DNA of 64,000 nucleotides, from assembly GCF_057098645.1 (NCBI RefSeq), contig NZ_CM169472.1. One strand, given 5' to 3'. Each line of letters starts with the position of its first letter. The first letter of the stretch is position 1. Below, one piece after another: positions 50,792-62,164 of the stretch. A model generated the notes under the pieces. It saw only the letters and a list, made by a program, of their open reading frames with translations, did no database searches and was not told the DNA's origin. The translations under genes and the position numbers were made by a program.

Positions 50792-51780
50792 ATGGGTCAA
50801 CTGATTGACGGCGTCTGGCATGACACCTGGTACGATACCAAATCTACCGGCGGTAAATTTCAACGTTCAGCTTCCGCATTTCGTAACTGGCTCACTGCCG
50901 ATGGCGCTCCTGGCCCCACTGGCACAGGCGGTTTTATCGCAGAGAAAGATCGTTATCATCTCTATGTTTCACTCGCCTGCCCGTGGGCGCACCGCACGCT
51001 GATCATGCGCAAACTCAAAGGACTGGAACCGTTTATTTCCGTTTCCGTAGTGAACCCGCTGATGCTGGAAAACGGCTGGACCTTTGATGACAGTTTTCCG
51101 GGAGCAACCGGAGATACGCTCTATCAACATGAATTTCTGTATCAGCTTTATCTCCACGCCGATCCACACTACAGCGGACGAGTTACTGTTCCCGTACTGT
51201 GGGACAAAAAGAACCACACCATCGTCAGCAACGAATCAGCAGAAATCATCCGCATGTTTAATACCGCGTTTGATGCGCTGGGCGCGAAAGCGGGTGATTA
51301 CTACCCACCAGCCCTGCAAACGAAAATTGACGAACTTAAAACGGCTGGATTTATGACACCGTTAACAACGGCGTGTATAAAGCCGGTTTTGCCACCAGCC
51401 AGCAAGCCTACGCCGAGGCGGTGGAAAAAGTGTTTGAATCGCTGGCGCGACTGGAACAGATTTTAGGTCAGCATCGTTACCTGACCGGCAACCAGCTAAC
51501 CGAAGCCGATATTCGCCTGTGGACCACGCTGGTCCGTTTTGATCCAGTGTATGTGACCCACTTCAAGTGTGATAAGCACCGCATCAGCGATTACCTGAAT
51601 CTGTATGGCTTCCTGCGCGATATCTACCAGATGCCGGGAATTGCCGAAACAGTCAATTTCGATCACATCCGTAATCATTACTTCCGCAGCCATAAGACCA
51701 TCAACCCTACGGGGATTATTTCAATTGGTCCGTGGCAGGATCTCGATGAACCGCATGGACGAGATGTTCGCTTCAGTTAA
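50792..51780 (+). pseudogene. yqjG: Glutathionyl-hydroquinone reductase (Xi-class GST) interrupted by a +2 frameshift
   Basis: Two overlapping ORFs (50771..51466 and 51373..51780) in different frames together cover one GST-like protein; in-frame lengths sum to 328 aa; frames swap at CTTAAAACGG near 51338. Confidence 0.7.
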
Positions 51781-51834
51781 AAAAAGGTACCTTACGAGGT
51801 GCCTCTGATAATTAGCTAAGTGCATGTTGTTCAT

Positions 51835-51935
51835 GTCGGATGCGGCGTGAACGCCTTATCAAACCTACAAAACATTTATATTCAATATGTTGCAAAGGCC
51901 GCGTAGGCCAGATAAGCGTAGCGCATCTGGCAATT
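51835..51935. repeat. REP/BIME cluster
   Basis: GTCGGATGCGGCGTGAACGCCTTATC...GGCCGCGTAGGCCAGATAAGCGTAGCGCATCTGGC. Confidence 0.75.
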
Positions 51936-52062
51936 TTGCGCTTGCCCTTATCCTTCACAGCTCCTTATTAATTCATCGCGATAATATTTACTGCCATTTC
52001 ATTCACGTCTATTCTTAATTTGCTGCTTTAAAAACAAGTGATTGAGCAAAATTGAGGCAAAA

Positions 52063-52380
52063 ATGGACTGGTATCTGAAAGTACTAAAAAATTATGTCGG
52101 TTTCCGGGGTCGTGCGCGGCGCAAAGAGTACTGGATGTTTATTCTGGTCAACATCATCTTTACGTTCGTGCTGGGGCTGCTGGATAAAATGTTAGGCTGG
52201 CAACGCGCTGGTGGCGAAGGCATCCTGACGACAATCTACGGTATTCTGGTGTTTTTACCGTGGTGGGCACTGCTATTCTTAATCCCGTTTATCGGCTGGC
52301 TTATTATCATCGTCTTTAACTGCCAGGCGGGTACGCCAGGCGAAAACCGCTTTGGACCTGATCCAAAACTGGAACCTTAA
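52063..52380 (+). CDS. yhaH: DUF805 inner membrane protein
   Basis: ORF-track 52042..52380; MDWYLKVLKNYVGFRGRARRKEYWMF. Confidence 0.8.
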   Translation: MDWYLKVLKNYVGFRGRARRKEYWMFILVNIIFTFVLGLLDKMLGWQRAGGEGILTTIYGILVFLPWWALLFLIPFIGWLIIIVFNCQAGTPGENRFGPDPKLEP

Positions 52381-52622
52381 AACAAATCTGCTCGCCGGAT
52401 GTCTGACTCATCCGGCTTTTATCATCATGTTGATGAATGAATAATTTACTAATGTTTATTTAAAATATTTCAATGTCGTTATATAAATTACCTATAAAAA
52501 AATAACCATGTATTTATCTTAAATATCAAAACCTTTATAACATCCAAAAAAGAAAGATACGAATAGCATTTACACAATACCCGGAATAGACTTTCGTCAC
52601 TTTTAATTAAAGGGATGTTTTT

Positions 52623-52979
52623 ATGCAGTGGTATTTATCCGTATTAAAAAATTATGTTGGTTTCTCTGGTCGCGCACGTCGTAAAGAGTACTGGATGTTT
52701 ACTCTGATTAACGCCATCGTCGGCGCTATTATCAATGTCATTCAATTGATTTTAGGTCTGGAGCTTCCATATCTGTCTATGCTTTATTTGCTGGCAACCT
52801 TCCTTCCCGTCCTTGCGCTTGCTATCCGTCGCTTACACGATACCGACCGTTCAGGTGCCTGGGCCTTGCTCTTTTTTGTTCCGTTTATTGGTTGGCTCGT
52901 GCTTCTGGTTTTTTTCTGCACAGAAGGTACTTCTGGCAGCAATCGTTACGGAAACGATCCGAAGTTTGGTTCAAATTAA
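52623..52979 (+). CDS. yhaI: DUF805 inner membrane protein, paralog of yhaH
   Basis: MQWYLSVLKNYVGFSGRARRKEYWMF, same N-terminal module as yhaH. Confidence 0.8.
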   Translation: MQWYLSVLKNYVGFSGRARRKEYWMFTLINAIVGAIINVIQLILGLELPYLSMLYLLATFLPVLALAIRRLHDTDRSGAWALLFFVPFIGWLVLLVFFCTEGTSGSNRYGNDPKFGSN

Positions 52980-53029
52980 TCTTAGAATTGGGGCGATATT
53001 TCGCCCCTTTTTATTAACAATAATAAATA

Positions 53030-53926
53030 TTATTTTCCGTTAAAAAGTTTGGGAATTTCCCGCAGACACCAGGATTTCGCTTCCCCCATACTGTCACGAC
53101 GCCAGGCCATAATAATATCGATCTCGCTGGTCGATTCCGGGCTGACGACACGCAACCGCCCTTCCGCAATATCTTTTTCGACCATCGGATACGGCATCGT
53201 CGCCACGCCAAGCCCCGCCAGTAATGCCTGACGTTTATCTTCAATCGTGCTCACCGTTAAGCGCGGCTGTTTGTCCAGCAGCTGTACAGTCAACACCGGG
53301 CGCTCACGAGCGGTATCCGCCACCGCAATTCCACGATATTTCACACGCGTCACTTCAGATAACGGTTCCGGCTCCTGATGAATCGGGTGATCAGGCGCGG
53401 CAACGTAGACGTTCATTAACGTATAGAGCTTGCGCGAGTTGATCTCCGACGAGGAACGAAAATGCATATCCGGCGCGATAACAATATCCGCCCGCCCCTG
53501 CTCCAGCCGTTCCCACGCCCCCGCCAGCACTTCTGTGATGATTGCCAGTTGGGTATTGGCTTTTGCCGCCAGTTTGTCGATTAACGGGAAAAAGGCAGGT
53601 GTCGGTACCAGCGCTTCGGTCACAATGGTGAGATGCGTTTCCCAACCGCGCGCGAGAGCTTCCGCATCAGTAGTCAGTTTATCTGCGGCTTCCAGCAAAA
53701 CGCGCCCTCGCTCCAACAACATCCTCCCGACATTGGTGAATTTGGTGCGATGGCCCGAGCGGTCAAACAGCACCACATCCAGCTCTTCTTCCAGTTTTTG
53801 CATGGTGTAGCTAAGTGCGGAAGGCACGCGTCCCAGCTCATCCGCTGCCGCCGCAAAACTGCCCCGGCGATCGATCGCATCCATAACCCGTAGTGCTTCC
53901 AGCGTTAATGCCCTTTCTTTGGCCAT
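53030..53926 (-). CDS. yhaJ: LysR-family transcriptional regulator
   Basis: 298-aa ORF with N-terminal HTH; divergent from yhaK. Confidence 0.85.
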   Translation of the reverse strand: MAKERALTLEALRVMDAIDRRGSFAAAADELGRVPSALSYTMQKLEEELDVVLFDRSGHRTKFTNVGRMLLERGRVLLEAADKLTTDAEALARGWETHLTIVTEALVPTPAFFPLIDKLAAKANTQLAIITEVLAGAWERLEQGRADIVIAPDMHFRSSSEINSRKLYTLMNVYVAAPDHPIHQEPEPLSEVTRVKYRGIAVADTARERPVLTVQLLDKQPRLTVSTIEDKRQALLAGLGVATMPYPMVEKDIAEGRLRVVSPESTSEIDIIMAWRRDSMGEAKSWCLREIPKLFNGK

Positions 53927-54030
53927 TTCGTTCTCATTCAGGAAATTTGAACATACCGGGCAGAATATCTGGCTAACAATGTAGCGTCCAGCCCCTTACC
54001 ATAAAAGGAAGTAAAGAGAGGTCAAGAATT

Positions 54031-54732
54031 ATGATTACTACCCGAACTGCCAGGCAGTGTGGACAAGCAGACTACGGATGGTTGCAGGCCCGGTATACTT
54101 TTTCCTTTGGACACTACTTCGACCCGAAATTGTTAGGCTATGCCTCCCTGCGTGTGCTTAACCAGGAAGTGCTGGCCCCAGGTGCCGCCTTTCAGCCGCG
54201 AACCTATCCCAAAGTCGATATTTTAAATGTGATTCTGGATGGAGAAGCAGAGTATCGCGACAGCGAAGGCAATCATGTTCAGGCCAGCGCCGGTGAGGCG
54301 TTGCTGCTCTCTACCCAGCCGGGTGTCAGCTACAGCGAACACAATCTCAGCAAAGACAAACCGTTAACACGAATGCAGCTTTGGCTGGACGCCTGCCCGC
54401 AGCGAGAGAATCCGCTGATTCAAAAACTGGCGCTTAATATGGGCAAGCAGCAATTAATCGCCTCGCCAGAGGGTGCGATGGGAAGCCTGCAATTACGCCA
54501 GCAAGTGTGGCTGCACCATATCGTGCTCGACAAAGGCGAAAGTGCGAATTTCCAGTTGCATGGGCCACGCGCGTATTTGCAATCGATTCACGGGAAATTT
54601 CATGCGCTTACGCATCATGAAGAGAAAGCGGCGCTGACCTGCGGTGATGGGGCGTTTATTCGTGACGAGGCTAACATTACGCTGGTTGCCGATTCCCCAC
54701 TGCGCGCTTTGCTGATAGATTTGCCTGTCTAG
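54031..54732 (+). CDS. yhaK: Pirin-like bicupin protein
   Basis: 233-aa ORF. Confidence 0.8.
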   Translation: MITTRTARQCGQADYGWLQARYTFSFGHYFDPKLLGYASLRVLNQEVLAPGAAFQPRTYPKVDILNVILDGEAEYRDSEGNHVQASAGEALLLSTQPGVSYSEHNLSKDKPLTRMQLWLDACPQRENPLIQKLALNMGKQQLIASPEGAMGSLQLRQQVWLHHIVLDKGESANFQLHGPRAYLQSIHGKFHALTHHEEKAALTCGDGAFIRDEANITLVADSPLRALLIDLPV

Positions 54733-54754
54733 TTGTTTTTACAGGGAGATGATG

Positions 54755-54919
54755 ATGAGTAAAAAATCGGCCAAAAAGCGCCAGCCAGTGAAGCCCGTGG
54801 TGGCGAAAGAACCTGCTCGCACCGCCAAAAATTTTGGCTATGAAGAGATGTTGAGCGAGCTGGAAGCCATCGTCGCGGATGCTGAAACGCGTTTAGCCGA
54901 GGATGAAGCTACCGCGTAA
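54755..54919 (+). CDS. yhaL: Small protein (54 aa), uncharacterised
   Basis: MSKKSAKKRQPVKPVVAKEPARTAKNFGYEEMLSELEAIVADAETRLAEDEATA; below the 60-aa ORF-track cutoff, read directly. Confidence 0.6.
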   Translation: MSKKSAKKRQPVKPVVAKEPARTAKNFGYEEMLSELEAIVADAETRLAEDEATA

Positions 54920-54927
54920 AGACAGGT

Positions 54928-55034
54928 TGCCGGATGCGGCGAAAACGCCTTATCCGGCCTACAAAATCCAACAACATTAACGAATTAAACAACCCGTAGG
55001 CCGGATAAGATGCGCCAGCATCGCATCCGGCACG
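54928..55034. repeat. REP/BIME cluster
   Basis: GCCGGATGCGGCGAAAACGCCTTATCCGGCC...GTAGGCCGGATAAGATGCGCCAGCATCGCATCCGGC. Confidence 0.8.
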
Positions 55035-55052
55035 ATACCCAAAACCTGGCGT

Positions 55053-56363
55053 TTATCTGGCCTTGCTCGCCATAATCTCGATAATCTGCCGATCCGTTTG
55101 CTGCATCGAATGGCTTGCTAACGCACACAGGTTGGCAATCGACTGCTCAACATCATGCGCCACGATCCCTTCATTGCCGGTCACGGCGGTATCATCCAGC
55201 GCCATTAACACCGCTTTCCACGCAGCCGAAGCACTGGTCGAAACCTTCATCGCGCAGCTGTTCGACGCACCATCGCAAATCATGCCGCTGACATCGCCGA
55301 TCATACTGCTGATCGCCATCGAGATGGTTTCATAACGCCCATCCACCAGCCATGCCATCCCGGCGGCGGCCCCCATTGCTGCGGTCGTTGCGGCACACAG
55401 CGCAGACAAACGCGGTAACTGGTTATGGATGTAAATTGCGCTCAAATGAGAAAGCATCAGCGCACGCGCCAGCCGTTCATCATCCGCTCCGAAGTGTTCT
55501 GCTACCACCACCACAGGCATTGTTGCGGTGATCCCCTGGTTACCCGAGCCGGAGTTACTCATAGCCGGAAGCGTAGCGCCGCCCATACGCGCATCGGATG
55601 CCGCGCTGGTACGAATCACAATGGATGAAGAGAGATCTTTCGCCAGCAAACCGCGCGCGCACTGTTTTTCCAGCGTCGCGCCAATATGCAGCCCCCACTT
55701 ACCGCTCAAACCTTCCTGCGATAACGCACAATTTAGCTTCGCAGAATCGAGAATAAAGCGGATCGCCGCAAACGGGACTTCATTGACGAACTTCAGGATC
55801 TCAGCCAGCGTCGTTCTGGAAAGCACCGTCAGCGGAGACTCTTGCTCGCCCTCTGCCACACACGCCTGCTGGGTAAACACCACACCATCGTGCGTCTCAA
55901 TATGCACAATGTTGGTATGCCCGCCGACGATAGTGACACACGCCCACTTCTCACCGTTCCAGACTTTGGCGCGTGAGAAGAGGATTTCATTGCAAGGTTC
56001 CTGGATCTTAACGGAGACTTTCCCCGCCGCCAGCAGTGCTTTGGCATCGGCAATTGCCTGCGCAGTTGCGTCTTTCAGCACTTCCAGCCCGGCGTTGGCA
56101 TTTCCACCTAACGCCCCCAGCGCCGCCGCAATCGGCAGCCCCACCATTCCCGTGCCGGGAACGGTGACGCCCAGACCGTTCTTCATCAGATTTGGCGAAA
56201 CCCAGGCTTCTACACGTTCAACCGGACCTTCCAGTTCTGCCGCAGCAACCGCCGCCGCCAGCGCCAGTGAAATCGGTTCAGTACATCCCAGCGCCGGTTT
56301 TACTTCCTCCTGAACGGCGAGGATGTAACGCTGCCATAACGGATTTAAAGTCGAATCAAACAT
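55053..56363 (-). CDS. cyuA: L-cysteine desulfidase (serine dehydratase-like family)
   Basis: 436-aa ORF; former yhaM. Confidence 0.8.
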   Translation of the reverse strand: MFDSTLNPLWQRYILAVQEEVKPALGCTEPISLALAAAVAAAELEGPVERVEAWVSPNLMKNGLGVTVPGTGMVGLPIAAALGALGGNANAGLEVLKDATAQAIADAKALLAAGKVSVKIQEPCNEILFSRAKVWNGEKWACVTIVGGHTNIVHIETHDGVVFTQQACVAEGEQESPLTVLSRTTLAEILKFVNEVPFAAIRFILDSAKLNCALSQEGLSGKWGLHIGATLEKQCARGLLAKDLSSSIVIRTSAASDARMGGATLPAMSNSGSGNQGITATMPVVVVAEHFGADDERLARALMLSHLSAIYIHNQLPRLSALCAATTAAMGAAAGMAWLVDGRYETISMAISSMIGDVSGMICDGASNSCAMKVSTSASAAWKAVLMALDDTAVTGNEGIVAHDVEQSIANLCALASHSMQQTDRQIIEIMASKAR

Positions 56364-56390
56364 ATTAAAAACCTTAAAATTTCAGGTAAA

Positions 56391-57722
56391 TCAAGAAAAT
56401 GCCAGGAACGGAGAAACACAAAGCAACAAACCAGTGACGATAATCAGGTACAGAGACATCCCTTTGTATTTGTGCAATGCCGGTACTTTGTAAACCAGCC
56501 ACGCCGGGATCAGGCACCCTACCATGCCGAAAATCGGGCTACAGATAGAGGTGAAGCTCAACACCGGTGCGTTCAGTACGATGGCGCTCCAGGCCAGCAA
56601 AATGGCGAAAATCATGATGCCGCGCTGAACAAGATTTTCGTTAATCTTCTCGGCAGGCATCTTGCGACGCAGGATGTTCATTACGATCCCTTGCGTTGCT
56701 TCGCGAAAGCCTAAATAGACGCCAAAGAATGCAGTCATGACAGCAAAGATATTGAGAATGACGCTGACCACTTTCACCCACGCTGCGCCGTCACCGCTAA
56801 TAAACTGTGCGGCAATCGCCAGCGCGGAAATATTCTGCTCGTAGGCTTTTACCGCTTCGTCATGTCCCATCGCCAGCGTGAACGACACGGCGTAGAAAAA
56901 GACGGTGACAAACAAAATGCCAAACGCGATATTCATTGCCCGCAATGCTTTATGCCGCGCCACTTCAATGGATTTTTCCCGCGAGCGATAAGAGATCACC
57001 ATCGGGCTTAACGTCTGGATAAACAGAATCGACGTCAGGGTAAACGGCAGCGTAATAATGGCGTTTTTCACCAGCAGCCCCAGCGGCGGTAGCGAACCGA
57101 CGTTATACAGATGCCACATTCCCACCATCGACACGCCCAGCGCCGCGACCACCAGCAGCTTGGTCAGCACCATGCCAGTCGAAATTTTGAATAACAATTT
57201 CTCGCCGCGTGAAGAGATCGCCACCAGAATGCAAATCAGTACCAGACCATAAAAGGGACTGTCTGACAGCAACCCTTCCGTCACGCCGAAGGTATGCAGG
57301 TAGGAAGCACTATCGTTGGTGATGGCGGTGGAATAGACGAACATCCAAATCACCAGCATTACGAAATAGAGTGCACCTAACAGGATGCCCCAGTTTTTAC
57401 CTAAATAACCGCTAATGACGCTCGGGTAATCTTTACATTCTGGTGATTCTGCCAGCGTATTAATAAACAATCGCTGAAACAGATACATTGCCGGGTAACC
57501 AATCACCGATGAGAACAAAAATACCCACAATCCCATCAAACCGACCTGCACCGGGAGAAAAACAATCCCCGCGCCAATCGCCATCCCGATACTCATAATC
57601 ACCCAGCCGGTGTCAGTACTGTCGAATTTGATCGCTTCTCGCCACTCGCTCTCACTCATTCCAGCACGACCCGCCGGGGTCGAAGCGTCTGCAATGACGC
57701 CTTTATTCGATGCAATTTCCAT
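56391..57722 (-). CDS. cyuP: Cysteine/serine transporter (HAAAP family)
   Basis: 443-aa polytopic membrane ORF; former yhaO. Confidence 0.8.
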   Translation of the reverse strand: MEIASNKGVIADASTPAGRAGMSESEWREAIKFDSTDTGWVIMSIGMAIGAGIVFLPVQVGLMGLWVFLFSSVIGYPAMYLFQRLFINTLAESPECKDYPSVISGYLGKNWGILLGALYFVMLVIWMFVYSTAITNDSASYLHTFGVTEGLLSDSPFYGLVLICILVAISSRGEKLLFKISTGMVLTKLLVVAALGVSMVGMWHLYNVGSLPPLGLLVKNAIITLPFTLTSILFIQTLSPMVISYRSREKSIEVARHKALRAMNIAFGILFVTVFFYAVSFTLAMGHDEAVKAYEQNISALAIAAQFISGDGAAWVKVVSVILNIFAVMTAFFGVYLGFREATQGIVMNILRRKMPAEKINENLVQRGIMIFAILLAWSAIVLNAPVLSFTSICSPIFGMVGCLIPAWLVYKVPALHKYKGMSLYLIIVTGLLLCVSPFLAFS

Positions 57723-57997
57723 AATTTCTCGCTCAATATTTTGTAGGGCTTATTATTTTTTTCCGAGCCGCATCAAGGCGATATGCGGTCTACGTTTTTG
57801 CAGGCGAGTTATTAGAATAAAGAAATGATACGCGCGAGGTCAGAGAAAATCTTCACAATCAAGACTTTGAAATAACGGAGATGGATAAGAATTTTCTACT
57901 AAATTAATCGCAAGAGAATATTCATTCTCTATTTGCGGCAGATCACAAAAAAAAAGGTGCACATTTGTGCACCCAAGGATGAAAGCTGACAGCAATG

Positions 57998-59362
57998 TCA
58001 GCCGCAGACCACTTTAATGGCCAGTCCTCCGCGTGATGTTTCGCGGTATTTATCGTTCATATCTTTGCCGGTTTCATACATCGTCTCGATCACTTTATCG
58101 AGTGAAACACGCGGTGCCGAGGTGCGGCGCATCGCCATCCGCGCGGCGTTTACTGCTTTCACGGCATTAATGGCATTACGTTCAATGCACGGGATTTGTA
58201 CCTGTCCGGCAACCGGATCGCAGGTCAGCCCAAGGTTATGCTCCATCGCGATTTCCGCCGCATTGCATACCTGCGCCGGACTGCCGCCCAGTAGTTCAGT
58301 TAACCCTGCCGCCGCCATTGAACAGGCCACGCCAATCTCCCCCTGACAGCCGACCTCCGCGCCAGAGATGGAGGCGTTCATTTTATACAGCGCGCCAATA
58401 GCCCCGGCTGCAAGAAAATAGCGGGCAATTGACCGCTCGTTTACCGGACGACGGAACTTATCGTAATAAGCCAGCACTGCCGGAATAATGCCGCACGCAC
58501 CGTTAGTCGGTGCCGTTACCACGCGCCCGCCAGCTGCGTTTTCTTCACTAACCGCCAGCGCGTACATGTTGATCCAGTCGATGACATTCATCGGATCGTT
58601 AGAGATGTTATCGCTGGAAACCAGCTGACGACGCAGCGCTACGGCACGGCGCGGCACATTGAGCGGACCAGGCAGCACGCCTTCAGTGTTCATCCCGCGT
58701 TCAATACCGTCATGCATCACTTGCCAGATACGGGCAAAACCGGCGTCAATTTCCGCTTTGCTGCGCAGCGCTAGCTCGTTGTGCATCATCAGGCCAGAAA
58801 TAGACAGGCCGTTGTAATCACACATTTTCAGCAGTTCACCTGCTGAGTGGAAATCGTAAGGTACGGACGTTTCGACATCGTGCGACAGGCCGAAGTGTTC
58901 TTCTTCGACAATAAACCCGCCGCCGACAGAGTAATAGGTTTTACTTAATAGCTCTTCCTGTGCCTTCCAGGCAGTGATCCGCATTCCGTTCTCATGGCGA
59001 GGCAACATTTCGGGATGGAAGATAATGTTCTTTGCTACAGGAAAATCAACAATATGCGCACCAGATGCCACTGGCAGCCGCCCGCTGCGCGTTACTAACT
59101 CTATAAATGCAGGGATCTCATCAATGACAACATCCTGCGGACTGTTTCCTGCCAGTCCCATGATGATGGCGACATCCGTGGCATGGCCTTTGCCCGTCAG
59201 TGACAACGACCCGTACAGATCGACCACAATATGGCTCGTCGCGGTTAATAAGCCGCTACTTTCCAGCCGATCAATAAAACTTTTTCCGGCATTCATTGGC
59301 CCCACGGTATGCGAACTGGAGGGACCAATCCCAATTTTGAAAATATCGAATGCACTAATCAT
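57998..59362 (-). CDS. tdcG: L-serine dehydratase (Fe-S)
   Basis: ORF-track 57998..59368; [23 protein letters not shown]. Confidence 0.85.
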   Translation of the reverse strand: MISAFDIFKIGIGPSSSHTVGPMNAGKSFIDRLESSGLLTATSHIVVDLYGSLSLTGKGHATDVAIIMGLAGNSPQDVVIDEIPAFIELVTRSGRLPVASGAHIVDFPVAKNIIFHPEMLPRHENGMRITAWKAQEELLSKTYYSVGGGFIVEEEHFGLSHDVETSVPYDFHSAGELLKMCDYNGLSISGLMMHNELALRSKAEIDAGFARIWQVMHDGIERGMNTEGVLPGPLNVPRRAVALRRQLVSSDNISNDPMNVIDWINMYALAVSEENAAGGRVVTAPTNGACGIIPAVLAYYDKFRRPVNERSIARYFLAAGAIGALYKMNASISGAEVGCQGEIGVACSMAAAGLTELLGGSPAQVCNAAEIAMEHNLGLTCDPVAGQVQIPCIERNAINAVKAVNAARMAMRRTSAPRVSLDKVIETMYETGKDMNDKYRETSRGGLAIKVVCG

Positions 59363-59433
59363 ATCCACACCCTCGGATTGCCGTTCAGTGAAGTGGAGCG
59401 GAACGACCTTACGACCGTCCCGCTCACGAGGCT

Positions 59434-59823
59434 TTACGCACTACGTACTGCGATAGCTTCAATTTCCAGCTTCACATCTTTCGGCAAACGCGCGACCTGT
59501 ACACAGCTCCGGGTCGGGTAGGTCGCCTGATGCTCATCGAAGAACTGCTTATAGACTTCGTTGATGGTGGCAAAATCATTCAGATCGGTGATGAACACGG
59601 TCATCTTGATGATATCGCCCACGCTCAGCCCGGCAGCAACCACGATCGCTTTGACGTTTTCGAGGCTTAAACGCGCCTGATCTTGCACATCAGCCGGGAT
59701 CTCACCGGTCTGTGGGCAAACCGGAATTTGACCGGAGGTGAAGACCATGCTGCCTAAATCAACGCCCTGAACATAAGGGCCGATTGCGCCTGGGGCACGT
59801 TGCGTTTCGATAATCTTTTTCAT
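59434..59823 (-). CDS. tdcF: RidA/YjgF-family enamine/imine deaminase
   Basis: ORF-track 59434..59886; likely start MKKIIETQRAPGAIGPYVQG. Confidence 0.85.
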   Translation of the reverse strand: MKKIIETQRAPGAIGPYVQGVDLGSMVFTSGQIPVCPQTGEIPADVQDQARLSLENVKAIVVAAGLSVGDIIKMTVFITDLNDFATINEVYKQFFDEHQATYPTRSCVQVARLPKDVKLEIEAIAVRSA

Positions 59824-59836
59824 ACATCCTCCGGCG

Positions 59837-62131
59837 TCAGAGCGCCTGGGTAAAGGTACGTGAAATAACATCCTGCTGCTGTTCACGGGTCAGTGCGTTG
59901 AAGCGCACGGCGTAGCCAGAGACACGGATTGTCAGGTTAGGATATTTTTCCGGGTGCTCGATGGCATCCAGCAGCATTTCCCGATTCATTACGTTGACGT
60001 TGAGGTGTTGACCGCCTTCGACATCCGCTTCGTGGTGGAAATACCCATCCAGCAGGCCGACAAGGTTGGTTTTACGTACTGGATCTTCTTTGCCCAGCGC
60101 CGCAGGCACAATCGAGAAGGTGTACGAGATCCCGTCTTTAGCGTAGGTGAACGGCAGTTTCGCCACCGACGTCAATGAGGCCACGGCACCTTTGCGGTCA
60201 CGACCATGCATCGGGTTAGCGCCCGGCGCGAACGGTGTTCCGGCGCGACGACCGTCCGGCGTGTTACCGGTTTTCTGGCCGTACACCACGTTAGAAGTGA
60301 TAGTCAGAATCGACTGGGTAGGGACGGCGTTGCGATAGGTTGGCAGCGCTTTAATTTTCTTCATAAAACGTTCAACCAGGTCGCAGGCAATGCTGTCTAC
60401 GCGCTCGTCGTTGTTGCCGTACTGCGGATATTCACCGTCGATTTCAAAGTCCACCGCCAGGCCGTTTTCGTCACGGATTGGTTTCACGCGGGCATATTTG
60501 ATGGCAGACAGGGAGTCCGTTGCCACCGACAGGCCCGCGATGCCGCACGCCATGGTGCGATAGACATCACGATCGTGCAGCGCCATCAGCGAAGCTTCGT
60601 AGCTGTACTTGTCGTGCATGTAGTGAATGATATTCAGCGCGCTGATGTACTGCACCGCCAGCCAGTCCATGAAGTGATCGAGGCTGTCCATCACTTTGTC
60701 GTAATCCAGCACATCGTCCATCAACGGTGCTGTTTTCGGCCCGACCTGAATCTTCAGCTTCTCGTCCACCCCGCCGTTAATTGCGTAGAGCAGCGTTTTC
60801 GCCAGGTTAGCGCGTGCACCAAAGAACTGCATTTGCTTACCAATCACCATCGGGCTAACGCAGCAGGCAATCGCGTAATCGTCGCTGTTGAAGTCAGTAC
60901 GCATCAGATCGTCGTTTTCATACTGCAAGGAAGAGGTGACGATCGACACCTGCGCGGCATATTTTTTGAAGGCAATCGGTAATTCTTCCGACCAAAGAAT
61001 GGTCAGGTTAGGTTCCGGAGCCGGCCCCATAGTGTGCAGGGTGTGCAAATAGCGGAAGGAGTTTTTGGTCACCAACGTACGACCGTCCAGCCCCATCCCG
61101 CCGATCACTTCCGTCGCCCAGATTGGGTCGCCGGAGAACAGCGAATCAAATTCCGGTGTACGCAGGAAGCGTACCATACGGATCTTCATGATGAAGTGAT
61201 CGATCAGTTCCTGTGCCTGCTGCTCATTGAGGACGCCAGCTTTAAAGTCGCGCTCAATGTAGATATCGAGGAACGATGCCGTGCGCCCCAGCGACATCGC
61301 GCCGCCATTTTGCGATTTCACTGCCGCCAGATAAGCGAAGTAGAGCCACTGCACCGCTTCCTGTGCATTCTGCGCCGGGCGAGAGATATCAAAGCCATAT
61401 TTCGCCGCCATTTCCTGAATCTGCAACAGCGCATGACGATGCTCTGCCAGCTCCTCACGCAGACGGATGGTGGCTTCCAGATCCTCGCCTTTTTCCAGAC
61501 GAGACTGGAGATCGGCAAATTGCAGTTCGCGTTCACGCACCAGATAACTGATGCCATACAGCGCTACGCGGCGATAGTCACCGATAATGCGCCCACGACC
61601 ATAGCCATCTGGTAAACCGGTCAGCACGCCAGATTTACGGCAGCGCAGCATATCCGGTGAGTAAACATCAAATACGCCCTGGTTATGGGTTTTACGCAGA
61701 TCGGTAAACAGATATTCAAATTCACTGTCCATCTCACGACCATAGGCGTGGAATGAACTTTTAATCATATTAATGCCACCGAACGGGTGTAACGCACGTT
61801 TCAACGGCGCATCCGTTTGCAGGCCAACAATTTTTTCCAGCGGCTGGTTAATATATCCCGCATCATGAGCGGTAATTGTGGTGGCAATATTGGTATCGAA
61901 ATCAACCGGCGCGTGGGTTGCGTTTTCGATACGGATGCCTTCCATTACTTTTTCCCACAATTCCGTGGTGGCAGGCGTCGCTTCGGCGAGAAAAGATTCA
62001 TCGCCTTCATAAGGTGTATAGTTATGTTGAATAAAATCGCGGACATTAATTTCGCTTTTCCAGTCCGTACCTTTAAAGCCAAGCCATGCGTCGGCGTACA
62101 GCTTATCGCTGGTATCAATATCTACCTTCAT
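59837..62131 (-). CDS. tdcE: 2-ketobutyrate/pyruvate formate-lyase (glycyl radical enzyme)
   Basis: 764-aa ORF with C-terminal glycyl-radical motif RVSGYAV. Confidence 0.9.
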   Translation of the reverse strand: MKVDIDTSDKLYADAWLGFKGTDWKSEINVRDFIQHNYTPYEGDESFLAEATPATTELWEKVMEGIRIENATHAPVDFDTNIATTITAHDAGYINQPLEKIVGLQTDAPLKRALHPFGGINMIKSSFHAYGREMDSEFEYLFTDLRKTHNQGVFDVYSPDMLRCRKSGVLTGLPDGYGRGRIIGDYRRVALYGISYLVRERELQFADLQSRLEKGEDLEATIRLREELAEHRHALLQIQEMAAKYGFDISRPAQNAQEAVQWLYFAYLAAVKSQNGGAMSLGRTASFLDIYIERDFKAGVLNEQQAQELIDHFIMKIRMVRFLRTPEFDSLFSGDPIWATEVIGGMGLDGRTLVTKNSFRYLHTLHTMGPAPEPNLTILWSEELPIAFKKYAAQVSIVTSSLQYENDDLMRTDFNSDDYAIACCVSPMVIGKQMQFFGARANLAKTLLYAINGGVDEKLKIQVGPKTAPLMDDVLDYDKVMDSLDHFMDWLAVQYISALNIIHYMHDKYSYEASLMALHDRDVYRTMACGIAGLSVATDSLSAIKYARVKPIRDENGLAVDFEIDGEYPQYGNNDERVDSIACDLVERFMKKIKALPTYRNAVPTQSILTITSNVVYGQKTGNTPDGRRAGTPFAPGANPMHGRDRKGAVASLTSVAKLPFTYAKDGISYTFSIVPAALGKEDPVRKTNLVGLLDGYFHHEADVEGGQHLNVNVMNREMLLDAIEHPEKYPNLTIRVSGYAVRFNALTREQQQDVISRTFTQAL

Positions 62132-62164
62132 GAAAAATAATCTCTCTACAATACTTCAACTAAA

